Source: Candidatus Saccharimonadales bacterium
GTDB taxonomy: Bacteria > Patescibacteriota > Saccharimonadia > Saccharimonadales > UBA10212
Direction: 5' to 3'
Length of the DNA: 64,000 nt
Assembly: GCA_049521895.1 (NCBI GenBank)
Contig: JBEKOJ010000001.1
Coordinates: forward strand, 162,717 to 226,716
The translations under genes were made by a program, and so were the position numbers. The notes below the pieces were generated by a model. The model saw only the letters and a list, made by a program, of their open reading frames with translations. It was not told the DNA's origin and did not search any database. Below, in pieces: positions 19,225-27,288 of this stretch. Numbering within the stretch: the stretch's first letter is position 1; each line of letters opens with the position of its first letter.

Positions 19225-19422
19225 CCTTAAAATTCTCTTGTGCCCGTTGCAGCCAAGGGAAAGGTAGTAGCACCGGTCCCGCCAAAGGCGGGATTCGGAT
19301 CTACTCCAAAAGGTGCGTTGGCGAATGCAGCCGCGGAGGCAAAATTGTGTTTATGTAATTTTGCTGAGCAGCGAGGGAGGTCGCGGAGCAACCAGGAAAA
19401 CCGCATGGTTGTCCTTCAAGTT
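19225..19422. ncRNA. G+C-rich structured intergenic element, copy Z (paralog of 24726-24892 and 55952-56200)
   Basis: Contains hairpins CCGGTCCCGCC-aaa-GGCGGGATTCGG and GCAAAATT-gtgtttatgt-AATTTTGC, followed by GAGCAGCGAGGGAGGTCGCGGAGCAAC. Strand and function are unknown. Confidence 0.35.
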
Positions 19423-19626
19423 TTACCTGCGGGGCTTTACTTCGTTGCGACCCAAATTTTTCTTTGTTTCTGATTGTTCAGCAATAGTATGTTTTATCGG
19501 GCAATATTTCTTAAGCTCCACTTTATCAGGCGTATTCATAGTGTTTTTAGTTGTATAGTAATGGCGTTGCCCGCAAGCTTCACATACAAGCCCAACAATT
19601 TTTCGCTTCTCGCTTTTTTTAGCCAT
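19423..19626 (-). CDS. rpmG: 50S ribosomal protein bL33
   Basis: MAKKSEKRKIVGLVCEACGQRHYYTTKN..KKYCPIKHT fits the bL33 pattern. I chose the ATG at 19626. Confidence 0.85.
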   Translation of the reverse strand: MAKKSEKRKIVGLVCEACGQRHYYTTKNTMNTPDKVELKKYCPIKHTIAEQSETKKNLGRNEVKPRR

Positions 19627-19808
19627 AACCAATGGATACTAACAGATAACAGAGGGAAAAACAACACCCACAACTCAGAACCAGCTTATATTGTGCAGTA
19701 CGACTGGTCGCACAGTCTGGCTATATAGGAGCCCACCGAAAAAAATATGATGTTGTTACAATACGCTTTGGCAATGCAAAACTAAGGGATAAAATAGTAG
19801 GGTAAGTT

Positions 19809-19885
19809 GCCGAGGTAGCTCAGTTGGCTAGAGCACGTCATTGGTAATGACGAGGTCACGGGTTCGATTCCCGTCTTCGGCTCCA
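19809..19885 (+). tRNA. trnT: tRNA-Thr (anticodon GGU), CCA end encoded
   Basis: Acceptor GCCGAGG/CTTCGGC, anticodon arm CGTCA-TTGGTAA-TGACG, T arm CACGG-TTCGATT-CCGTC. Confidence 0.92.
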
Positions 19886-19886
19886 T

Positions 19887-20909
19887 TTAACTTTCTGACT
19901 TTATAGCGGCCTTGACCTTTTCGATAGCTTCTTCCACATTGTTAGCCTGGACTTTACCTCCGGCTGCAGGTCTATGGCCACCGCCACTAAACTTGGTAGC
20001 AATTTTTGACACGTCTTTAACTCCGCCAAGTGAACGCAGGGACACAGAGTAAGTATGTTCGCCATCTAACAGATCCAGATAAACCAAAAAACCCCACTTT
20101 CGGCCATCAATATTGCGGATATATTCATCGAGGAACGGCTTGGTAGCCATATGCAAGCTGGCTAGGGGTTTGCCGCTTCTTTGCCAATTTTCGACGAACT
20201 CGTCGTTTATGAATGAATACGAGTAGCCAGCCTCGCCCGTGACGTTGTTAGCCAGCTCGCTAATGACCTTCATTTGATCTCCGGAATACTGGTTAAGGTG
20301 ATTTTTAATTTCCTCTATGACGGCACCGGCCGCGATAAGTTCTGCGGCCAGTTTAAATGTCTGTGCGTAGCGCGGATTATCGTAAGTAAAACCGCCCGTG
20401 TCGGCGTAAAGACCGAGCATCGTCGTGACAGCGTATCCTTGGGGTTTTTTAAGATTCATCTCATTAAAGCATAATTCATATACTTCTTGTACTGTCGCGG
20501 GATTACCGGAATTTAAATAGCAGTCAACCTTATCTTTTCCGTCTGGTTCATGATGATCAATAATGGCGGTTTTTACTCTATTCTTGAGCGCGTATTCCCT
20601 CGCCTGCTGGCCGTCATGGCGGCTGCAGCGTTCAAAGCTATTGGCGTCAACCAGTATTATCAAATCAGGTTTAAATTGTTCGATGTTTTGGGTGATATTA
20701 CTGAAAATCAGCTGATCGTAGCCGTTCAGAAAATCAAGGCCTTCGGGCTTTTCTTCCAGAACCATCCGAATTTTCTTATCTGGAAAATTTAGCTGAAGTG
20801 TCGTACCAAGCAGCAGAACCGAAGCTGTAGCGTCCGGGTCCGGCGAGATGTGCGAGGTTATTAAAATCCGCTCTGCTGTGTCGATATATTGTTTGAATTT
20901 ATCAATCAT
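19887..20909 (-). CDS. DHH/DHHA1 family phosphoesterase (second NrnA-like paralog)
   Basis: Has DHH (IIDHHEPD) and DHHA1 (GGGHRPAAGG) motifs. I chose the ATG at 20909 because the longer ORF runs into tRNA-Tyr. Confidence 0.8.
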   Translation of the reverse strand: MIDKFKQYIDTAERILITSHISPDPDATASVLLLGTTLQLNFPDKKIRMVLEEKPEGLDFLNGYDQLIFSNITQNIEQFKPDLIILVDANSFERCSRHDGQQAREYALKNRVKTAIIDHHEPDGKDKVDCYLNSGNPATVQEVYELCFNEMNLKKPQGYAVTTMLGLYADTGGFTYDNPRYAQTFKLAAELIAAGAVIEEIKNHLNQYSGDQMKVISELANNVTGEAGYSYSFINDEFVENWQRSGKPLASLHMATKPFLDEYIRNIDGRKWGFLVYLDLLDGEHTYSVSLRSLGGVKDVSKIATKFSGGGHRPAAGGKVQANNVEEAIEKVKAAIKSES

Positions 20910-20914
20910 AAAGA

Positions 20915-21000
20915 TGGTGCAGGGAGTAGGATTCGAACCTACGAAGGCGAATGCCAACAGTTTTACAGACTGTCGTGTTTGACCGCTTCACTATCCCTGC
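20915..21000 (-). tRNA. trnY: tRNA-Tyr (anticodon GUA), long variable arm, CCA end encoded
   Basis: Acceptor GCAGGGA/TCCCTGC, anticodon arm ACAGT-CTGTAAA-ACTGT, T arm GTAGG-TTCGAAT-CCTAC. Confidence 0.9.
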
Positions 21001-21001
21001 G

Positions 21002-21078
21002 TGGAGCCACCTGTCGGACTCGAACCGACGACCCGCTGTTTACAAAACAGCTGCTCTGACCAGCTGAGCTAAGGTGGC
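21002..21078 (-). tRNA. trnT: tRNA-Thr (anticodon UGU), CCA end encoded
   Basis: Acceptor GCCACCT/AGGTGGC, anticodon arm GCTGT-TTTGTAA-ACAGC, T arm GTCGG-TTCGAGT-CCGAC. Confidence 0.92.
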
Positions 21079-21137
21079 AAAAAGACCATAAGAAGGTTAC
21101 CATAACAGGGGTAAAATAGCAATTGTCTAGCGCTCGG

Positions 21138-21791
21138 TTAAATAATAACCCGGCGAGGACGCAGAATGCGCTTGGATCGTCCGGCTGGCAAACTTAAGCG
21201 CCCAAGCTTTTTCTGAATTTTGGCAGCCTCTTCTGTCATACCCCGTGACTCGTAAGCCTTGGCCAGCAGGTTATAGGTCTCGGGGTTGGGCTCTAGCTCG
21301 GCGGCCTTTTCCAATTCCTGGATGACCAGTTTGTCGTTGCCCAGCTTCTCCTCGACTTTGGCGTAGGCAATATGCCGGGCGGCTAAACCATCTTCTAGCT
21401 TAAGTGCTTGTTCAAAGGCGGTAGCGGCCTTGTGATAGTTCTCGGTTTCGTAATAAATCAACCCCAGGTTATGTAAACTGGATGCGCTTGGCTCGATACT
21501 GCTGGCTATTTCGAAACAGTCGATAGCGTCTTTGTACTCGCGCTGCTTGGCGTATAAAATTCCCAGGCGGTTGTAAGCTGCGGCATTTTTTTCGTCGATC
21601 TTCAAGATAGTTAACAAGGCTTTCTCAGCCCTTAGGAACCTGTTTTCGCGCATACCGTGATAGGCTATTTCCCACAACTGGGTGAGGCGATTGCCAATAC
21701 GACGCGGAATAATAAGCACGTCTTTTTCGGCCAGTCGTCCATGGCGGAAAACTATCAATCCAAAAATAACTAACAGTACGAGTGAGTACAT
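21138..21791 (-). CDS. TPR-repeat protein with N-terminal membrane anchor
   Basis: An N-terminal hydrophobic helix is followed by several 34-aa TPR-like units (..AAYNRLGILYAKQREYKDAIDCFEIA..). Confidence 0.7.
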   Translation of the reverse strand: MYSLVLLVIFGLIVFRHGRLAEKDVLIIPRRIGNRLTQLWEIAYHGMRENRFLRAEKALLTILKIDEKNAAAYNRLGILYAKQREYKDAIDCFEIASSIEPSASSLHNLGLIYYETENYHKAATAFEQALKLEDGLAARHIAYAKVEEKLGNDKLVIQELEKAAELEPNPETYNLLAKAYESRGMTEEAAKIQKKLGRLSLPAGRSKRILRPRRVII

Positions 21792-21802
21792 TATTAGAGC
21801 AT

Positions 21803-21811
21803 ATTATAGCA
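21803..21811 (-). promoter_or_regulatory. Extended -10 (TGCTATAAT) 11 nt upstream of the TPR gene ATG
   Basis: The minus strand reads aaTGCTATAATatgctctaataATG, with no SD in between. Confidence 0.4.
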
Positions 21812-21814
21812 TTC

Positions 21815-22708
21815 TTAGAGCTTTAGGTTAAGTGCCAACGACAGGGCGACCAAACGTGGACTAGCGTTAGCCTCTAGCTTAGCTTGTAGGGAGTTAATTA
21901 ATTTTCGGCTGCCATTAATGGTTTTCGTCCGCCCTGATTGCTGTTTTCTGATGGAGTTTTGCTGTAAGGCCCTAAGGACTCGCTTGCCGCCATCCAAAAA
22001 ATAGATAAGGCTTGACTTATCGCGTGACAATGAATCGCAGTACAGCAGCCTCTCGTAGGTGTCAGAACCAAGAAACTTCTTAAAGTTATTAACACCGTCT
22101 TTGAGGGGATGGTTGACATCGTCTTTTAGCAATGAATCCAGCAACCCGGCTGCGCCGGCGCTTAACAACCAATTAGAAGCGACATTATCTTTGTTGTGCA
22201 TCTGTTTGTAATATGTTAACGCTGACGAAAGTGTGATTGGGTAAACGATAATGCCTTGAGCCCTAGAAACGATAGTCGGCGCTATAGCCCGGGCCGAAGG
22301 AGAAGTTAATATAAACGCGCTATCCGGGTTGGGTTCTTCCAGAGTCTTTAGCAACGCGTTTTGAGCTTCTTGGCTGAGGTTCTGGGCACCCTCTATAACT
22401 ACTATCCGCCTCAGGGCGGCCCTTCCGGGTGCCTTGAGGCGTAGTTTTTCAATCATCTCCCTCACTGCGTCTATAGATATTTCCTGTTTGCCATCCGGTG
22501 CTTTTAGCTCCCAATAATATGGATAGGCCTCAAACCGGTGTGGATCATCGAGTTTCAACAAATTCGCGGCAATAGCTTTGGCTAAAGTGTATTTCCCGCT
22601 GCCAGTTGCCCCGGTTAGCAATAAGGCGTGTGCCGGTTGCGCTAAAAAATTTTCTATTTGGGCCTGTGTGCGCTGATGCACCAGAAGATCATGTTTGAAA
22701 CTAGGCAT
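21815..22708 (-). CDS. holB: DNA polymerase III subunit delta' (HolB-like clamp-loader AAA+)
   Basis: ..HALLLTGATGSGKYTLAKAIA.. and ..LLKTLEEP.. with SRAQ are clamp-loader motifs. I chose the ATG at 22708 (8-nt overlap with the rluD-like stop) over the longer ORF. Confidence 0.8.
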   Translation of the reverse strand: MPSFKHDLLVHQRTQAQIENFLAQPAHALLLTGATGSGKYTLAKAIAANLLKLDDPHRFEAYPYYWELKAPDGKQEISIDAVREMIEKLRLKAPGRAALRRIVVIEGAQNLSQEAQNALLKTLEEPNPDSAFILTSPSARAIAPTIVSRAQGIIVYPITLSSALTYYKQMHNKDNVASNWLLSAGAAGLLDSLLKDDVNHPLKDGVNNFKKFLGSDTYERLLYCDSLSRDKSSLIYFLDGGKRVLRALQQNSIRKQQSGRTKTINGSRKLINSLQAKLEANASPRLVALSLALNLKL

Positions 22709-23579
22709 TTTTGATAAACTCCGATAAGTCATCCGGTACGCTGGCTTCAAATACTTCATGTTCTCTGTTGGGTAAAGTAATTTCCAGTTTATGGGCATGG
22801 AGTAGTAGTTTAGGGCCAGCATGACCATAAAGCGAGTCACCTACAATCGGGTGGCCAATATAACTTAGATGTACGCGGATTTGGTGTGTGCGGCCAGTGG
22901 CCGGTTTAAGTTCTAAGAAAGCATATTTCTGGCCGTTTTTAGTAAACACTTTAAGTGTCCTGTACGCTGTTTGGGCCGGTCTACCACTCGAGCTGACCTT
23001 GAATGTCTGCGGCTTTCTGGGGTTGCGGCCGATCGGTGCGTCAATTATGGCCGCTTCCGGCTCCGGCCAGCCTTCAACAACCGCCAAATAGGTCTTGGCC
23101 GTCTTGCGGCCGGTAAATTGTTTTTGCAGATGTTTTAAGGCCGCATTTGTTTTGGCACCGATGATAACACCGCTCGTATGCCTGTCTAAGCGGTGGACAA
23201 TGCCCGCTCTGTTGCCGCTTAGAGCGTTGTCGGTTATTTTGGGTTGCAAAAAACTGGCAACCGTAGCTTCGTCGTTCATGGCGCCCTTGCTGTGCGTCAA
23301 AATACCGGCTGGCTTATCCACGACAACTACGTCTTTATCTTCGTATATGACCGGTAGATTGATTGCTCGCGGCCTAGCGCGTAGCAGGCGATCATCTACG
23401 CTTAGTATTTCGCCGTTTTTAAGCCTATGGGAGGCCTTAACGGTAGCCTTGCCAAGTCTAACCGTATTACTATCAAACAGCTTATTTAGCGACGACCGGC
23501 TAAACTCGGGATATTTTTCAGATACAAAAATATCTGCCCGTTTGCCGGCATCTGACACCCTAACCTTTAACTGCCTCAT
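22701..23579 (-). CDS. rluD: RluA/RluD family pseudouridine synthase
   Basis: An S4-like N-terminus is followed by the catalytic motif GIVHRLDRHTSGVII and HQIRVHL. Confidence 0.9.
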   Translation of the reverse strand: MRQLKVRVSDAGKRADIFVSEKYPEFSRSSLNKLFDSNTVRLGKATVKASHRLKNGEILSVDDRLLRARPRAINLPVIYEDKDVVVVDKPAGILTHSKGAMNDEATVASFLQPKITDNALSGNRAGIVHRLDRHTSGVIIGAKTNAALKHLQKQFTGRKTAKTYLAVVEGWPEPEAAIIDAPIGRNPRKPQTFKVSSSGRPAQTAYRTLKVFTKNGQKYAFLELKPATGRTHQIRVHLSYIGHPIVGDSLYGHAGPKLLLHAHKLEITLPNREHEVFEASVPDDLSEFIKNA

Positions 23580-23589
23580 GGTTAGGTGC

Positions 23590-24693
23590 CTAATCTTTCG
23601 GCCGTAAGCCCACCGCCTTTTGTACTTTCAGCAGAGCTGCATTGGCAACTTCATTCATGGCTTTTTCATCGTCAGCTAGTTTTTGCATTAGCTTATCTTG
23701 GTTGACCTGGGCTAATTTAGCCTGGAAATCAGCCAAGAAAACTTTTACAGCGTCCGATACGGCTTTTTTGAGCTCGCTATAGCCAGATTTGCCCTGCCAT
23801 TGCCCATTTACCGCTGTCTGAGGCTTATCTAATAACAGGGCTAAGATTTGCAGCAAGTTAGTGACGCCGGGCTGCTTTTCCCAGTCATAGCTAATTGATT
23901 CTAGTGAATCGGTAGTGGCGCCCAAAACTTTTTTGGCGGCTTCGTCTGGACTATCACTAAGCATAATCGTACCTGCCGGGTCTTCTACGCTCTTGCTCAT
24001 CTTCTTTTCAGGGTTGCGCAGGCTGCGGATACGAACCGGCTCACTATGGCCGGCGAATTCCATCTGTTTGGCGTTATCCTCGGGCAGTACAAATAAATCA
24101 TCGCCGAATTTATTATTTATCCGAATGGCCAGATCGCGGGTAAATTCCACGTGTTGTCGTTGGTCTTCGCCTACCGGGACCCACTTAGCGCCGTAAAGTA
24201 GGATATCCGCAGCCATCAGCACCGGATAATTAAATAGGCCTGCTGTTACGCCAGCCTTCCGAATTTTTACATCTATCGTATCTTCTTTATCGAAATCCAC
24301 GTCGACAGCACCAGTTGACTCTATTAAGTTTAGCGACTTATCTTTGAATTCTGTCATGCGCGATAACTCACCAAAGTGGGCAAAGCAATCAAGGACCCAT
24401 GTCATCTCGGAATGGGCCGGGATATAGCTTTGGCGGTAAATAAAGGTATTGGGCTCTTCGATATCCAGTCCGGCTGCTACAAAAACCTTCAAATTCTTGA
24501 GGGACTGGTCATATAAATTTCCGTGATCAATAGGCGTAGTAAAGCTGTGCAGGTCTGGTACAAACATGTTCAGCTGATACTGCCCAGCGTGCTTTTTTTG
24601 CAGCTCCACCATCGGTAGAATAGCACCCAAATAGTTGCCTAGGTGAAACTCGGCATTAGATCGCAGCCCGGTTAAAATGACCTCTTTGCTCAT
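23590..24693 (-). CDS. trpS: Tryptophan--tRNA ligase
   Basis: Class I motifs are present: FHLGNYLG (HIGH-like) and KMSKS. The architecture is TrpRS-like, 367 aa. Confidence 0.9.
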   Translation of the reverse strand: MSKEVILTGLRSNAEFHLGNYLGAILPMVELQKKHAGQYQLNMFVPDLHSFTTPIDHGNLYDQSLKNLKVFVAAGLDIEEPNTFIYRQSYIPAHSEMTWVLDCFAHFGELSRMTEFKDKSLNLIESTGAVDVDFDKEDTIDVKIRKAGVTAGLFNYPVLMAADILLYGAKWVPVGEDQRQHVEFTRDLAIRINNKFGDDLFVLPEDNAKQMEFAGHSEPVRIRSLRNPEKKMSKSVEDPAGTIMLSDSPDEAAKKVLGATTDSLESISYDWEKQPGVTNLLQILALLLDKPQTAVNGQWQGKSGYSELKKAVSDAVKVFLADFQAKLAQVNQDKLMQKLADDEKAMNEVANAALLKVQKAVGLRPKD

Positions 24694-24701
24694 TACGATT
24701 C

Positions 24702-24707
24702 ATTATA
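24702..24707 (-). promoter_or_regulatory. -10 box TATAAT 8 nt upstream of the trpS ATG (near-leaderless)
   Basis: The minus strand reads gTTATAATgaatcgtaATG, with no SD. Confidence 0.4.
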
Positions 24708-24725
24708 ACTTAACTCATCGCGAGG

Positions 24726-24892
24726 AAGATAGCTTTGCGTTTGGGTGCAGTGCAAGGCGCCAGCGAGGAATGGACTGAGCTGTATTGTAATACTGCGAAG
24801 GAGTACCGTAGCTGGCAACGCCGCGATGCGCCAAAAGCCCGACGGAGCTGCTGGCTCCGCTAGCAGGCAGGTCGGGCGGCGCAAGCTATCTT
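24726..24892. ncRNA. G+C-rich structured intergenic element, copy Y
   Basis: The closing stem AAGATAGCTTTGCG / CGCAAGCTATCTT encloses GCGCCAGCG, the hairpin GCTGTAT-tgta-ATACTGC, GAAGGAGTACCGTAGCTGGCAAC, GCGATGCGCCAAAA and the hairpin GCCCGAC..GTCGGGC. Confidence 0.35.
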
Positions 24893-25287
24893 TTGGTGAA
24901 CTGGCGTTGCTTGCGGGCGCCGCGTAACCCAAACTTCTTGCGTTCTTTTTCGCGCGGATCGCGACCTAGTAGGTCGGCTTTTTTTAGTGTTCCGCGGTAA
25001 TCTTCGTTTATCTCTACCAAAGCTTTGGCGATTCCGAGCCTGATAGCGTCCACCTGGCTAGCGTGTCCGCTACCAGTAACTTTGGCGCTGATAATATACT
25101 CTTCGGGATTTAGCTCCAAGACGGTAAAGGCTTTAAGCAGTTCATTTTGTAGTCTTTTGCTACCGGCGAAATATTCGTCGGCGGTTTTACCATTGACCAC
25201 AAATGAGCTCTTGCCACGCGACAGTCGCACCCGCGCAGCCGCACTTTTGCGTCGCCCTAAGGCATAAAAATAACTGTTAGTGGCCAT
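24886..25287 (-). CDS. rpsI: 30S ribosomal protein uS9
   Basis: The C-terminus ..RDPREKERKKFGLRGARKQRQFTKR is canonical uS9. Confidence 0.96.
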   Translation of the reverse strand: MATNSYFYALGRRKSAAARVRLSRGKSSFVVNGKTADEYFAGSKRLQNELLKAFTVLELNPEEYIISAKVTGSGHASQVDAIRLGIAKALVEINEDYRGTLKKADLLGRDPREKERKKFGLRGARKQRQFTKR

Positions 25288-25736
25288 TACTTCATTTCGC
25301 CTTTCCTATTCAAAGATAATGTTTCGGGCGTTTGGGCGCTGTGGTTGTGTTCGCTGCCGGCGTAAACCTTGAGCCGCTTAAGCCGTCCGTCGAGCAGTTT
25401 GTTGTTAGGCAGCATACCTCTAATTGAATCTCTGATTACTTTTGTGGGGTCTAATTTCATTTGTTCGTCCAAGGTGCGCCTGTAAAGCCCGCCCGGAAAA
25501 CCGCTGTGGCGGTAGTAGTGTTTGCCATCAATTTTATTACCCGTTACTACTAATCTGCTAGCGTTGATAATTATCACGAAGTCTCCGCCGTCCATATGGG
25601 CTGTAATAGATGGCTTATCCTTACCAAGCAATAATCTGGCAGCTTGGGTAGAAACGCGGCCCAGAGAAGCCTGTGAAGCGTCCAGAACATACCATTTACG
25701 TGTGATTTCCTTTGGTTTTAGGCTGTATGACTTCAT
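25287..25736 (-). CDS. rplM: 50S ribosomal protein uL13
   Basis: ..KWYVLDASQASLGRVSTQAARLLLGKDKP.. is canonical uL13, and the gene lies upstream of rpsI. Confidence 0.96.
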   Translation of the reverse strand: MKSYSLKPKEITRKWYVLDASQASLGRVSTQAARLLLGKDKPSITAHMDGGDFVIIINASRLVVTGNKIDGKHYYRHSGFPGGLYRRTLDEQMKLDPTKVIRDSIRGMLPNNKLLDGRLKRLKVYAGSEHNHSAQTPETLSLNRKGEMK

Positions 25737-26218
25737 CTTTTTGAGTCCTTAGCTGAGAGCTTAGAGTCCTTAGCTTTAGTTTTAGTGTCCTTTCTTGAAT
25801 TGTTCCTAGCTGGGGACTTTGGACTAGGGACTGAGGACTTCGAAGCTTTAAGCTTCGATAGATCATCCACGAAACTGACTGAGGCCATTTGGGCACCATC
25901 ACCACGGCGCAGAACAGTACGCTTTACTCGCAGATGGCCGCTGTCACGACCGCTTAATTTTGGGACCATATCATCAACCAGCTTATGGGCGGCCTCAAGG
26001 GTAAGCAACCCTCGGATAACCTGGCGGCGGTTATGCAAGCCGCCCGCTTTAGCTTTTGTGATTAGCTTCTCGGTGTAGCTAGATACCTCTTTGGCCTTCG
26101 GCAGGGTAGTTTCAATCGATTCGCGCAGCACCAAAGAATCAGCCAACCCCTTTATTAGAGCTTCGCGCTGGTCGCGCTCGCGGCCGAATTTTTTACCTTT
26201 GTATCCGTGGCGGTGCAT
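25733..26218 (-). CDS. rplQ: 50S ribosomal protein bL17 with K/S-rich C-terminal tail
   Basis: MHRHGYKGKKFGRERDQREALIKGL.. is canonical bL17, and the gene follows rpoA. Confidence 0.95.
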   Translation of the reverse strand: MHRHGYKGKKFGRERDQREALIKGLADSLVLRESIETTLPKAKEVSSYTEKLITKAKAGGLHNRRQVIRGLLTLEAAHKLVDDMVPKLSGRDSGHLRVKRTVLRRGDGAQMASVSFVDDLSKLKASKSSVPSPKSPARNNSRKDTKTKAKDSKLSAKDSKR

Positions 26219-26241
26219 TACGCGCTTCCTCCGGAGGCTAT

Positions 26242-26306
26242 AGGAACTAGGAACAAGGAACTAGGAACTAGTTTTTCCTGTTTCCTGTTTCCTGTTTCCT
26301 GTTTCC
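26242..26306. repeat. Low-complexity quasi-palindromic spacer repeat, family B, with (CCTGTTT)x4
   Basis: The arm aggaactaggaacaaggaactaggaactag is followed by tttttCCTGTTTCCTGTTTCCTGTTTCCTGTTTCC. The arms pair as AGGAA/UUCCU blocks with regular mismatches. Confidence 0.7.
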
Positions 26307-26327
26307 TAAAAATGCTTTGCATTTTTA
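26307..26327. other. A/T hairpin TAAAAATGC-ttt-GCATTTTTA overlapping the rpoA stop codon
   Basis: A perfect 9-bp palindrome. The same hairpin occurs at the rpsH stop (33516-33538). Confidence 0.6.
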
Positions 26328-27269
26328 TAGTTCCAGCTCGGCTATTTTATCCTTGACTTCATCCAAGGCTTTACTACCAAAACCCTTAAGGTCGCGCAGT
26401 TCCGCTTCAGATAAGTCCAGCAAGTCTTTAATAGTGTGGATCTCGTTGTTTACCAGAGCATTCGTGGTGCGGGCGCTAAGGTTCAAGTCTTCTATGGATG
26501 TCATCAGCTCTGCAGGTTCTTCACTGTTAGCGCCGCCAAGTTCAGCATCGGCAGCGGTCAGGAGCGAGGCAGCTTCTACGCGGGTCTGGCCGGCTAAAGC
26601 AGTGTATTGGTTAACTAAGATGGCAGCGGCTTCCTCGAAAGCTTCGCGAGGAGTTAACGAACCATCAGTATCTACTGTCAGCAGCAGCTTATCCAGGTCA
26701 GTGATTTGGCCAACACGGGTATTTTCGACTTTATAACGGACACGCAGAACGGGGGTAAATAGTGCGTCTAGCATGATCATGTCACTCAACTTTTTGCTGG
26801 CGCCTTGTTCATCTAGCATGCGATAACCGCGGCCCGTCTCTACCATGATTTCCATGTTCAGGGAAGACTTATCGTCGTCTATGATGCAGATCACATGATC
26901 GGGATTTACTAACTCTACATCGGCATTAAGTTGCAGGTCCTTAGCTTTTACAACCCCCTTGCCTTTCTTACTAAGGCGTAGGGTCTGCGGTTCATCAGAA
27001 AATACTTTAAAGCGGATCCCCTTAAGATTCAGCATAATGGTAACTACATCTTCCTTAACTCCTTTAATGGTAGTAAATTCATGGCTAACACCGTCTACAC
27101 GGAAACCCGTAACTGCTGCGCCGGCGATACTGGATAGCAGCACGCGCCGTAAGCTGTTGCCCAAAGTCATACCGTAACCACTGTACAGCGGCTCGATCGT
27201 GAAAGTGGCGCTAGTGGGACTGTGATCGTTGATGTTACTTAGTGTTGGGGTGTGAATTGATTTGCTCAT
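26325..27269 (-). CDS. rpoA: DNA-directed RNA polymerase subunit alpha
   Basis: 314 aa. Has the N-terminal domain ..FTIEPLYSGYGMTLGNSLRRVLLSS.. and the C-terminal domain ..LNLSARTTNALVNNEIHTIKDLL... Confidence 0.96.
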   Translation of the reverse strand: MSKSIHTPTLSNINDHSPTSATFTIEPLYSGYGMTLGNSLRRVLLSSIAGAAVTGFRVDGVSHEFTTIKGVKEDVVTIMLNLKGIRFKVFSDEPQTLRLSKKGKGVVKAKDLQLNADVELVNPDHVICIIDDDKSSLNMEIMVETGRGYRMLDEQGASKKLSDMIMLDALFTPVLRVRYKVENTRVGQITDLDKLLLTVDTDGSLTPREAFEEAAAILVNQYTALAGQTRVEAASLLTAADAELGGANSEEPAELMTSIEDLNLSARTTNALVNNEIHTIKDLLDLSEAELRDLKGFGSKALDEVKDKIAELEL

Positions 27270-27288
27270 TTTATACTCCTCGCCTCCT

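Noticed and set aside
24694-24885. T-box riboswitch leader controlling trpS.
   Set aside because: The element lies upstream of trpS, but the coding strand has no T-box consensus (AGGGUGGNACCGCG) and no recognisable specifier loop with UGG. A TATAAT also sits only 8 nt from the ATG, so the element is probably upstream of the promoter. The only T-box-like string (GGAGTACCG) is on the wrong strand.
26277-26304. CRISPR array, suggested by short tandem repeats here and at 33436-33463 and 35277-35304.
   Set aside because: The repeat units are 7 nt and directly abutting, with no unique spacers, and there are no cas genes. They are microsatellite-like arms of quasi-palindromes.
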